This document shows, piece after piece, positions 20,312 through 29,339 of a stretch of DNA of 64,000 nt (positions are counted from its first letter, which is position 1; each line of letters starts with the position of its first letter). The stretch covers positions 11,496-75,495 of the forward strand of contig JACPUW010000044.1 in the NCBI GenBank assembly GCA_016192035.1, written 5' to 3'. Under the pieces are notes generated by a model. That model made no database searches, had not been told where the DNA came from, and saw only the letters and a program-made list of their open reading frames with translations. The translations under genes were made by a program, and so were the position numbers. This DNA is from Bacteroidota bacterium. GTDB taxonomy: Bacteria > Bacteroidota > Bacteroidia > CAILMK01 > JACPUW01.

Positions 20312-20731
20312 CTATTTGTTAATTTTTATTTCCGTGCCCTCCTCCTCAATCAACACCCGTGATGTTTTTTCCACCACACCTTTGAGCGTAAGGGTATAAG
20401 TAGTTGATGAGACATTGGTATAAACGGAAATGGACTTGCTAAATGCCCCATCGGAGGCAGCATTATACTCGGCCGTAATGGTGCCTTTTTGTCCAGGCAT
20501 TATGGGCTGCTGTGGCCATTTAGGGGTAGTGCATCCGCATGAAGCTTTCACGTCTGTCAATATGAGCGGGGCATCCCCGTCATTGGTAAAAATAAATTCA
20601 CATTGCACCGGGTCGCCCTGCGGTATAGTGCCAAAATCGTGGAGCGTTTTATCAAACCGAATGGATGGTGCTGGCGCGGCAAAGGCATAGAGCACCATGC
20701 TTACCGCTAAGATAGACAATGTTTTAATCAT
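20312..20731 (-). CDS. DUF1573 domain secreted protein
   Basis: Signal peptide, HDFGTI, FTNDGDAPL, ASCGCTTP. Confidence 0.9.
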   Translation of the reverse strand: MIKTLSILAVSMVLYAFAAPAPSIRFDKTLHDFGTIPQGDPVQCEFIFTNDGDAPLILTDVKASCGCTTPKWPQQPIMPGQKGTITAEYNAASDGAFSKSISVYTNVSSTTYTLTLKGVVEKTSRVLIEEEGTEIKINK

Positions 20732-20740
20732 GGTTTTTGG

Positions 20741-21190
20741 TTATTTCGTGATCCGGACCGGAGATCCTGGTTTTTCGCCCCCATTGTTGAATGCATCTGC
20801 TGCCACGTCGCCTTTTATAAACAGGATAACCTTCTTTTCTTCCCCTGTCGCTTCTTTGATATTGGTGGTCACGGTTACCGATTTATGAAAAGTGCCAGGG
20901 CTAGCGGCGTTATATACGGCCTTAATCTTATTGGTTTGGCCGGGTTGCACGGGTTCCGTGGGGTAAAATGGGGTGGTACATCCGCATGATGCCTTCACGC
21001 TGGTGAGCACCAAGGGGGCATCGCCGGTATTGGTAAATTCAAATTCATACGATACAGGTTTGCCCTGCGGAATCTTGCCAAAATCATGGGTGGTTTTGGT
21101 AAATGTGATTTGAGGCCCAAGGGCTACATAGGCTGCCATGGCCAATGTTAAACTGGTCAATATGCCCAGGGTCAATGCGGATCTTCTCAT
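20741..21190 (-). CDS. DUF1573 domain secreted protein (tandem paralogue)
   Basis: HDFGKI, FTNTGDAPL, ASCGCTTP. TATTTTTG promoter element at 21210-21217 supports ATG 21190. Confidence 0.9.
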   Translation of the reverse strand: MRRSALTLGILTSLTLAMAAYVALGPQITFTKTTHDFGKIPQGKPVSYEFEFTNTGDAPLVLTSVKASCGCTTPFYPTEPVQPGQTNKIKAVYNAASPGTFHKSVTVTTNIKEATGEEKKVILFIKGDVAADAFNNGGEKPGSPVRITK

Positions 21191-21271
21191 GGTTGGGTTT
21201 ATTATGGCCCAAAAATACATTCACTTACATATTGCGTTGCTGAGCCAGAGGGGCTTAACAGTGCATTAACG

Positions 21272-21943
21272 CTATGCCCTGCCGCCCACCACCACCACGC
21301 ATTCCCCACGGGGGCTTGTTTTGTTAAAATGCTCAATGAGTTGGGAGAGGTTGGCATTCAGGGTTTCCTCATATATTTTGGTCAACTCCCGGCTCACCGA
21401 TGCCGGACGGTCGCCCCAGTGTAGGTGCATTTGCTCCAAGGTGCGCAGCAAGCGGTAGGGCGATTCATAGAATATCATGGTGCGGTACTCTACTGACAAT
21501 CTTTCAAGTGCCGTATTTCGCCCTTTTTTTGCCGGCAAGAAACCTTCAAATACAAAATGGTGAATGGGCAATCCTGATTTGATTAGGGCCGGTACAAACG
21601 CAGTGGCACCAGGAAGCACTTCATAGCCTATACCTGCCTGGGCGCATTGACGGGCCAACATAAAGCCCGGATCTGAAATGCCAGGGGTGCCGGCATCGCT
21701 CACTAGGGCATAGCGTTGTCCATCAGACAGTTTGTCTATTATCTCTTTGCCCACTTGGTGTTCGTTGTGCATGTGGAAGGCGCGCATGGGCGTGCCTATG
21801 CCGTAATAATCAAGCAGCCTGCGGGTATGGCGGGTATCTTCGGCTAGAATGGCATCCACCCGGCCCAGCACCTCCAGGGCGCGTAGGCTTATGTCGCCCA
21901 GGTTGCCTATAGGGGTAGGCACCAAATACAAGAACTTATCCAA
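21272..21943 (-). CDS. rsmI: 16S rRNA C1402 2'-O-methyltransferase
   Basis: LVPTPIGNLGDIS, AEDTR, VSDAGTPGISDPG, YESPYRL, RELTKIYEE. Start approximate (TTG 21943 or ATG 21991). Confidence 0.95.
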   Translation of the reverse strand: MDKFLYLVPTPIGNLGDISLRALEVLGRVDAILAEDTRHTRRLLDYYGIGTPMRAFHMHNEHQVGKEIIDKLSDGQRYALVSDAGTPGISDPGFMLARQCAQAGIGYEVLPGATAFVPALIKSGLPIHHFVFEGFLPAKKGRNTALERLSVEYRTMIFYESPYRLLRTLEQMHLHWGDRPASVSRELTKIYEETLNANLSQLIEHFNKTSPRGECVVVVGGRA

Positions 21944-22047
21944 ACCATTTGGATAACAAGGGTATATGTTTGATATGGGTGTTGAAAGCATAGGGCAAAA
22001 GTCGTTCCTTGCAAATATGCATGGCCCTGTAATGCTTGACTGTGGGT

Positions 22048-24495
22048 TTATTCCTCCAGATAGATTCGGCGGACCCTTCCGCTTATGCCGGTAAATATTT
22101 CGTAGGGAATGGTGTCAAGTGCCCGGCACAGCGCATCCAGTTGGGGAAGTGTTTCAAAGATCACCACTTCATCCCCTTCTCTGGCATCCAAGCCGGTAAC
22201 ATCTATCATGGTCATGTCCATGCATATTTTGCCGACAATGGGGGCTGGATTACCCCGGTGGTACAAGCAGGCGCGTCCCTGGCCCAGTGACCTGCGCAGC
22301 CCATCGGCGTATCCCACCGGGACCGTGGCAATGGTGCGCTCATCAGGTGCCTGCCATGCCCTGCCATAGCCCACGGTTTCCCCACTTGGTACTTGATGTA
22401 CTTGGTTTATCTGGGTAACCCATCTAAAGGCCAATTGCAGTTGGTGGCTGAATTGCGCCGATGGATCGACCCCATAAAATCCTATGCCCAAACGCACCAT
22501 TTGGTAGGGGCGTGACGGCCAACGCCCTGCTGCCGCAGTGTTGGCTACATGGGTGAGAAAGGGATAGTGCAGGTGGGCCTTGCAAATACCTACCGCTGTT
22601 TCAAAAACAACCAATTGCTGATCGGTAAACACATCCGAGCTGGGGTCGTCGCTGGCCGCTAGATGGGTAAATATACTGGCTACCTTTATTTTGGGTTCTT
22701 GGTTGACCAACTTGATGGCCAACGCTACTTCTTGAATGGCAAAGCCGGTGCGGTGCATGCCGGTTTCTATGTTCAGGTGTATGGGAAGTATCTGGTCCAT
22801 ATTCCGCTCTCTTACATAGTCCATAAGGATTTTAAGGGATGATAGGCTATACACTTCCGGTTCTAGTACATGTTCCAACAATAGGTGAATTCCCTCAGGT
22901 TCTGGCCCCAGCACCATGATGGGGGTGTGGATGCCGTGTTTTCTAAGCAGGATGCCTTCATCAATATAGGCTACGGCCAGGTAGTGCGCCTGTACCGATT
23001 GCAGCATTCGGGCCAGTTCAAAACTGCCGGCACCGTATCCCAAGGCCTTGAGCATCACCATAATCTTGGTCTCTCTGCCAAGGTGTTGATGAAACCATAG
23101 ATAGTTGTGGCGAAGGGCGCTAAGATTGATTTCAAGACAGGTACGCCCAGTTTTGTCTTGGTAGTAGGCCACTACGCGCTCTAGCCCGTACCGGCGGGCC
23201 CCTTTAATAAGTACGGCCATGTGGGCCAATGAATTATGCGGGTATTCCAGTAAAAACCGATCTACTGATGGATAAAAAGCGAGGTGGCAGGAACCAAAAC
23301 CTTTCCCAAGCGGCTCAATGTCAGGGCCTATCACCACCAGGCGCACCAAGTGGTGGGTATCCACCAGGGAGCGCATTTTTTCCATGAACTCACCGGGCGA
23401 CACTTGTTGGTCGTGAAACTGGGACACAATGAGTGCCCTGGCCTGGTTGCCGGCAGAGCGCGAAAGGTGCTGGAGCGCCAAGTGAAGCGAAAGGAATTCG
23501 GCGGAGTAGCTGTCGTTGAGCAGGATCATACCGTTTTTTCCTTGCTTTATTTCCATGCGCATGGGCAGTGCGCTCAGTGAGTTCAGGCGCTCTAGGAGTC
23601 GTCCCGGCCTTATTCCAAGTACCAATCCCATAGCTAGGCAGTGGAAAAGGTTTTCTGCCTGAAAATGTAGCTTGCGGGGCAAGGAAAATACATAGGATAC
23701 AGCTTGATAAACAAGCGAGTACCTGTCATTGCCCTGGGGAATTATGGGAATGCTGGCCAGGGCATCGTAACCCCAATCCACCAAACGGGCATTTGGGAGT
23801 AATTTTCTTAGGCTCTCTGTGATCTCTAATGGCTCAGATGAGCATACCACTTTAGGGCAATGGGTAAAAAGAATGCCCTTCTCCCGCAGTTTGTGTTCAT
23901 AGCTTTCAAAATTGGCCTGGTGCGCCTCGCCCAGGTTGGTGAGCAGCCCAATATCTGGTTTCACCATTTGTTCCAGCTTCACCATTTCACCTGGTTCTGA
24001 AATGCCGGCCTCTATTATGGCCAAATCGTCGCCCAAGGATATGGATAACAGGCTTATGGCTACCCCCAATTGAGAGTTGTAACTCTTTGGGCTAATGGAT
24101 ACTTTTAGGTCATTCCCAATGAGTTGGTACAGCCACTCCTTTACGGTGGTCTTACCCAAACTCCCGGTTATGCCCACCACCAAGCCCTTAAATAGGTTCC
24201 TGTGGTGTGCGGCCAGGCTTTGCAGGGCGGCAAGAGGATTTTCCACAGCTATACATCCGTCTTGATCCTTGAATTGATAGGTATTGGCCACTAAAAATGC
24301 ATGACAACCCAAAGACCTGGCTTTCTCTATATAAGCATGACCGTTGGCTTGCTGGCCCTCAAGGGCAACAAACAAGGCCTGGCCCCATAGGGCCGGAAGC
24401 CGGGTGTCAAAGGCTATTTCGGTAATTCGTCCCGTTTGCGCACTGGTCAGGGCCCCCTGTACTATTTTCGCTATCTCAAGGATATTGTAATCCAA
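22048..24495 (-). CDS. alr: Bifunctional MurF-like ligase / alanine racemase
   Basis: MurF-like part (GITGSLGKTTVKE, SYNSQLG, NDSYS, LIKGAR) fused to Alr (MLKALGYG PLP Lys, ETGMHRTGF, VGYADG, ICMDM, TIPYE). Confidence 0.93.
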   Translation of the reverse strand: MDYNILEIAKIVQGALTSAQTGRITEIAFDTRLPALWGQALFVALEGQQANGHAYIEKARSLGCHAFLVANTYQFKDQDGCIAVENPLAALQSLAAHHRNLFKGLVVGITGSLGKTTVKEWLYQLIGNDLKVSISPKSYNSQLGVAISLLSISLGDDLAIIEAGISEPGEMVKLEQMVKPDIGLLTNLGEAHQANFESYEHKLREKGILFTHCPKVVCSSEPLEITESLRKLLPNARLVDWGYDALASIPIIPQGNDRYSLVYQAVSYVFSLPRKLHFQAENLFHCLAMGLVLGIRPGRLLERLNSLSALPMRMEIKQGKNGMILLNDSYSAEFLSLHLALQHLSRSAGNQARALIVSQFHDQQVSPGEFMEKMRSLVDTHHLVRLVVIGPDIEPLGKGFGSCHLAFYPSVDRFLLEYPHNSLAHMAVLIKGARRYGLERVVAYYQDKTGRTCLEINLSALRHNYLWFHQHLGRETKIMVMLKALGYGAGSFELARMLQSVQAHYLAVAYIDEGILLRKHGIHTPIMVLGPEPEGIHLLLEHVLEPEVYSLSSLKILMDYVRERNMDQILPIHLNIETGMHRTGFAIQEVALAIKLVNQEPKIKVASIFTHLAASDDPSSDVFTDQQLVVFETAVGICKAHLHYPFLTHVANTAAAGRWPSRPYQMVRLGIGFYGVDPSAQFSHQLQLAFRWVTQINQVHQVPSGETVGYGRAWQAPDERTIATVPVGYADGLRRSLGQGRACLYHRGNPAPIVGKICMDMTMIDVTGLDAREGDEVVIFETLPQLDALCRALDTIPYEIFTGISGRVRRIYLEE

Positions 24496-24522
24496 AGGCT
24501 TCTTTTTCGATTATTCAAAATT

Positions 24523-25005
24523 ATGTCAGTACGTATAAGGCAAGACCAGCTACCTGAGTTTGCCGAAAAGGCACGCCGATTCTGCGCCTACCAAGAGCGC
24601 TGCCGGTTTGACCTAGAATCAAAACTGTATGGTTGGGGGCTAAGCACCAAACAAGTAGGGTCGGTTTGTAAGCTCCTGGAGGAAGAAGGATTCATTAATC
24701 AGGAGCGGTTTGTACAGGCATATGTGAAAGGCAAGTTTAACCAATTGGGTTGGGGAAAGATAAAGATTGCAAACGCGCTGCGCACCAAGAATGTAGAGCC
24801 GGCGATAATAGAAAAGGGACTGAATGGGCTCAATATGCTGGAGTACGAGTCCAGGATACTGCAATTATTGCAGCGCAAACAAAGCACCCTTGCTAGGTTG
24901 CCACTAAATGAACAAAGGCGCAGGATGTATGCCTTTGCGCTGCAAAAGGGGTATGAAACCGACCTGGTGAGCAGGCTTCTCACAGACCTTGGTGCAATAG
25001 TCTAG
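24523..25005 (+). CDS. recX: Regulatory protein RecX
   Basis: CAYQERC, FINQERF, WGKIKI, QKGYE. Confidence 0.88.
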   Translation: MSVRIRQDQLPEFAEKARRFCAYQERCRFDLESKLYGWGLSTKQVGSVCKLLEEEGFINQERFVQAYVKGKFNQLGWGKIKIANALRTKNVEPAIIEKGLNGLNMLEYESRILQLLQRKQSTLARLPLNEQRRRMYAFALQKGYETDLVSRLLTDLGAIV

Positions 25006-25089
25006 ACCTTATTGGGCTACAGTGGCCCATACCATCGGGGGAAATTGATCTGTGTAGAAACACCTGTTTGCCAGTAGGGTGTAGGGGCA

Positions 25090-25875
25090 CTACAGCGCAA
25101 AACGGTGGGAATAACCCAGGGAAAAAAAGTAAAATGGAAGCGTGGGTATCAGTGCCATTCCACCCGAGAGGTCAAATTGCCTGTGCGGTGAAGGCTGGAA
25201 TGCCACGCCACCGTCAGCGCGATGGGTGGAGCCTGTGTATTGAGGCACAAAACCATAGATTTCGGCGTAACAAGACCACTTTTGGGAAATGGCATACCCA
25301 GTGGCCAGGGTATAAATACATGTGGGCTCCGGCGATTCCCCATCCCACTGTGCGCCCAAGTTGTAGCCAATTGATAGGCGTTGGCTTATGACATGCTGAA
25401 AGGTGAACCTGAAATTGGGCGCGATGAATGGGCTGGTAAGGTCGCGGCTTGCCCATTGGGGCAAGGCCACATGGGCTATAAACGCCGCTTCCGGCAGCCA
25501 AGCCTTGGCATTCCAAAGCGTTGCCTTAAAGCCTAACTGCATGGGCAATAGGCCTGTTTGACTGCCAGACGTGCCTATCAGGGCATTGATTTCGGCTATG
25601 GCCCTACACTCTACCCGATCATTGATGCCATATTTCCAAAGGGAGGTGGGCATTTGCAGGCTGGCTGTACTATGGGATTCGTGGGCATAGTTGCACCCCA
25701 TTTCAAACTGTAGGTGTCCCGGGGGAACCAGATAGGGGCTTTCGGTTTGGTCTGGGCGGTCAGTCTGTATGGGGCCAGACAATTGGCCATAAACCTTAGT
25801 GGTTAGGCCAAGACAGAGCAAAGCAAATGGGATAGCGCAAATAGACAGGCCTAGGCTGATTTTCCGAGTACTCAC
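25090..25875 (-). CDS. Outer-membrane transporter-like beta-barrel (MetA-pathway/SphA type)
   Basis: Signal peptide, IQTDRPDQTES, alternating beta strands, C-terminal GYSHRF. TATTTTTG element at 25898-25905. Confidence 0.75.
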   Translation of the reverse strand: MSTRKISLGLSICAIPFALLCLGLTTKVYGQLSGPIQTDRPDQTESPYLVPPGHLQFEMGCNYAHESHSTASLQMPTSLWKYGINDRVECRAIAEINALIGTSGSQTGLLPMQLGFKATLWNAKAWLPEAAFIAHVALPQWASRDLTSPFIAPNFRFTFQHVISQRLSIGYNLGAQWDGESPEPTCIYTLATGYAISQKWSCYAEIYGFVPQYTGSTHRADGGVAFQPSPHRQFDLSGGMALIPTLPFYFFSLGYSHRFAL

Positions 25876-25985
25876 AACATAATGATTAATGTGGTGGCAA
25901 AAATAAATTTAGATTAATCTAAAAAAGCATGTTGAAACACTTTTTTCATTGGGCCCACAAACGTATTGGGCTATTTCATGCGCTG

Positions 25986-27185
25986 TTATTGCCTGGCTAA
26001 CCTATAGGTATGCAGCCCATTGGCCGTTTGTACCCGCACCAGGAGCAACACATGGGGAGTAGGGGGGAGGGCACATGAAAATATTTCCTGTCCACGCCCA
26101 AAGGATTGTGTGAACAATAGATGTCCATAGCAATCAAATACTTCCACATTTTCTAAGCCTTCAAAATCCCAACCGCTTATCACTTGGCCCTGCCAATTCA
26201 GCATCCCTTTGGCCGGGCTGTGCTGGGCCATTCCGCTGGTATAATCATTGGCTATGCGCAGCTTCACCGGCAGGTGGTCTGACATTTCATGCAGGGCATT
26301 GGCCATTTCCTTGGTCACGGCTGTATTCTCCTTAAAATTAATGGCTTGGTTAAAGTGGTTGCCGTCATTGCCTATGGCTTTGTAGCTGCCTAATACATAG
26401 GTGCTGCCATGTGTTCCTGTAAGTATGTCGGCGGTAGCAAGGATAAAATCAAAGCGATCATCGAGCCCACCGGTGCTGCCTCCGCCAAAGGCCATGGTGC
26501 GGGTACTCTGGGTGTGGATGGGGGCGTAATAGTCATTGTTGCTCCATTCGCCCAATTCACCAATGGGGTCTTCAAAAGTGTGTTTGCCTGTGCCCGTGAG
26601 GGTGACTATGGCCGGTTCTGCAGCACTATACACATTGAAATCACCCGCCAGAAACACGTTCTCACCACTGGTTTTTTGGTTTAGGTACCGCCTTATTTTC
26701 TTGGCTGCCTGGCCCCTTTCAGCCGCATACTCGTTTCCTGCCTTAAGGTGTACGGCTATAAATGTATGCACCAAGCTATCGCCGGTGGCTTCAAAGGCCT
26801 TGCGGTGAAGCAATCTATACACAGTGGCAAAACGTGGGCTAGTATTTATGGTGTCTTCCCCTATCAAGCTATACATTTTAGTATTGTAATACAGCATGTT
26901 GTTTAACGACCCGTTGTCCATGAAACTGGCCCGTTGATATGAGGCACCTTTCCAGGCCAGTGCCTGGGTAAGTATGGTAACCGAACCGGTATTGGAGCTC
27001 AACTCACATACCATGAGCACATCAGGCTTTTCTTCGGTCAAAATGGTTTTGAGATGGGATATGCGGTCGGGCTTTTCTGCCGGAAACTGTAACAGGTTGT
27101 AAAACATAACGCCCACGGTGTCCTGGGCCTGGACTATGCCCCTGCCCATGAAGCCGGCAAGTAGGATAAAACAAAAGGTGCGCAT
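25986..27185 (-). CDS. Secreted endonuclease/exonuclease/phosphatase (EEP) with putative T9SS C-terminal domain
   Basis: Signal peptide, YNLL, VCEL, HLKA, AGDFN, DRFDFI, SDHLPV; CTD-like tail (VEVFDCYG...LLVRV). Confidence 0.85.
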   Translation of the reverse strand: MRTFCFILLAGFMGRGIVQAQDTVGVMFYNLLQFPAEKPDRISHLKTILTEEKPDVLMVCELSSNTGSVTILTQALAWKGASYQRASFMDNGSLNNMLYYNTKMYSLIGEDTINTSPRFATVYRLLHRKAFEATGDSLVHTFIAVHLKAGNEYAAERGQAAKKIRRYLNQKTSGENVFLAGDFNVYSAAEPAIVTLTGTGKHTFEDPIGELGEWSNNDYYAPIHTQSTRTMAFGGGSTGGLDDRFDFILATADILTGTHGSTYVLGSYKAIGNDGNHFNQAINFKENTAVTKEMANALHEMSDHLPVKLRIANDYTSGMAQHSPAKGMLNWQGQVISGWDFEGLENVEVFDCYGHLLFTQSFGRGQEIFSCALPPTPHVLLLVRVQTANGLHTYRLARQ

Positions 27186-27421
27186 GGGACAAAGATTGGG
27201 CAATGGGGTTATATAGCCGTGAACAATACGCCACACATTGCCCAAAATGGTATTCAAACCCTATAGGCTGGATAAGGAAGGGAGGGGGATTGAGGCGGTT
27301 TGGCCCATATGAATGGTTCGTATTTCAACCCCCACGGTTCCGCACCTACATTTGTCAAGACCGCGCCTGGTGCCAAGCACTTTTGCTGCCAGCGCATACA
27401 TCAAAGCAGACCTACATAAGC

Positions 27422-28249
27422 ATGAGTAAAAGCCCTGAACAATACGGTCTTACTACCTTGGGAAAATCCTTTGGCAGCTATTATAAGACCATCAACGACG
27501 CCTACAAAAAGTACTTTGACAAGTACCTTATGCTCCACTATCCGCTGTATATGGCGCCTGACGAGCCCTTGGAAAAGCGCCAGAAAAACTTGATAGACTA
27601 CTGCATGGGCAAAATAGGCCCAGTGGAAGGCCTAAACCTGCTTGATATAGGCGCTGGCAACGGCACACTGAGCGTGTATCTCTATGACCATTTTAGGCCT
27701 GCCCAGATTTTGTCCATTGACATAAACGACAGCAATATAAGGATTGCCGAGGGGCTAAAGGGGGACAGGAACATAGAACTGAGAAATGAAAATGCGGAAG
27801 AGATGCGCAGCATACCTGCCGAAAGTGTGGATGTGGCGGTGTGCATAGAGAGTGCCTTTCACTACCCCCACAAAGACGCATTCCTGGAGCAGCTACACCG
27901 GGTGCTTAAGCCCAACGGAGTCTTTGTGATAGCCGATATACTTACGCTCTCATACAAGAGAAGGCCTTTGCTGGGACGCTGGAAAGGAAAGATGAAGTTT
28001 CACCACTGGACGGAGGAGGACTACCGGCGCGGCCTGAAAGCGGCTGGTTACCGGCAGGTGACCCTTGACGACGTGACCCCCCAAATTCGAAAAGGCTATG
28101 CTGGCTATGGCAAATGGACCAGGGAAATGCTTACCCAAAACCCTGTGAAAAAGCTCATGTTCTTGGCCATCACGTTTGTACAGGTAAACCTGAACACCTG
28201 GCTACTGGCGCATAGGCGCAAGTATGTGATAATCTCAGGGAAGAAATAG
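27422..28249 (+). CDS. Class I SAM-dependent methyltransferase (sterol/tocopherol MT-like)
   Basis: LLDIGAGNG, CIESAFHY, RVLKPNG. TACATTTG element at 27347-27354. Confidence 0.88.
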   Translation: MSKSPEQYGLTTLGKSFGSYYKTINDAYKKYFDKYLMLHYPLYMAPDEPLEKRQKNLIDYCMGKIGPVEGLNLLDIGAGNGTLSVYLYDHFRPAQILSIDINDSNIRIAEGLKGDRNIELRNENAEEMRSIPAESVDVAVCIESAFHYPHKDAFLEQLHRVLKPNGVFVIADILTLSYKRRPLLGRWKGKMKFHHWTEEDYRRGLKAAGYRQVTLDDVTPQIRKGYAGYGKWTREMLTQNPVKKLMFLAITFVQVNLNTWLLAHRRKYVIISGKK

Positions 28250-28349
28250 CCATTGTAGCGATAAAAATTACTGACAATTGCTAAAAGGCGTTCCGTGAAA
28301 CCTTCATTACAAATCTTCCCATTAGGTATATCTCACCAATGGTCGCCAG

Positions 28350-29318
28350 TCACGCTCCCAGCTTGGCTATCAGGTCAATCCAGTCTTGGTTAGGTGCTGG
28401 TTTTGATGTGTGTGCAGTGTCCAGGGGCACCAAGCATACCTGGCCGCGCACGTAGGCGGTCATGTGCCCCGACTTGCCGTCCATCAGGGCTTCGGCGGCC
28501 AATGCGCCCATCCTGGCGCCCAGTTCCCGGTCGGTAACAGAGGGGCTGCCGCCCCGCTGTATATGTCCAAGTACCGCAACCCTTAGTTCATACTCTGGAA
28601 AATGGCGGCCAATATGGTGGGCCAGCAAGGCCGCGCCCCCAGTTTCTTCTCCCTCAGCCACTACCACTATGTTTGAAAGCTTCTTCCGTGCTTTGGCTGC
28701 CGACAGGGCCGCAAACAGCTGGGCCATATCATAGTGGGTGCCTGGCACCAGCACGCCCAGTGCACCGGTGGCCAGGGCGCAGCGCAGGGCTATGGCCGGT
28801 GAATGGCGCCCCATGACCTCCACCAGAAACAATCTATGGTGTGAAGTGGCCGTATCCCTAATCTTGTCAATGGCATCCACGGCGGTTTGGCATGCCGTAT
28901 CAAAGCCCAGGCACATTTCTGTGCCGACTATATCATTGTCTATGGTGCCCGGTATGCCTATCACGCCTATCCCTGCTTCTTTTTCCATGGCCTGCGCACC
29001 GGCAAAACTGCCATCGCCGCCTATCACCACCAAACCGGTGATGCCATGTTTGGCCAAGTTTTGATAGGCCAGCTGCCGCTTTTCAGGCAACATAAAATCG
29101 GGGCACCGGGCGGAATAAAGCATGGTGCCTCCCCGGTGGAGTATATAGCGCACATCATCCCTTCCCAACGGATGTATATCATTGAGAATCAATCCTTGAA
29201 ACCCTGACCTAATTCCGAAGCACGAAGTGCCTGGCGCCAATGCTGTTTTCACCACCGCCCGTATGCAGGCATTCATGCCCGGCGAATCACCGCCCGATGT
29301 GAGTATCCCTATGCGCAT
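28350..29318 (-). CDS. pfkA: ATP-dependent 6-phosphofructokinase
   Basis: TSGGDSPGMN, IGGDGS, PGTIDND, VEVMGR, LGHIQRGG. Confidence 0.95.
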   Translation of the reverse strand: MRIGILTSGGDSPGMNACIRAVVKTALAPGTSCFGIRSGFQGLILNDIHPLGRDDVRYILHRGGTMLYSARCPDFMLPEKRQLAYQNLAKHGITGLVVIGGDGSFAGAQAMEKEAGIGVIGIPGTIDNDIVGTEMCLGFDTACQTAVDAIDKIRDTATSHHRLFLVEVMGRHSPAIALRCALATGALGVLVPGTHYDMAQLFAALSAAKARKKLSNIVVVAEGEETGGAALLAHHIGRHFPEYELRVAVLGHIQRGGSPSVTDRELGARMGALAAEALMDGKSGHMTAYVRGQVCLVPLDTAHTSKPAPNQDWIDLIAKLGA

Positions 29319-29339
29319 AATTTCCTATTGGCTTGGTTT

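Noticed and set aside
22048-24495. MurF-Alr fusion as a novelty
   Set aside because: This fusion is well known and widespread in Bacteroidota.
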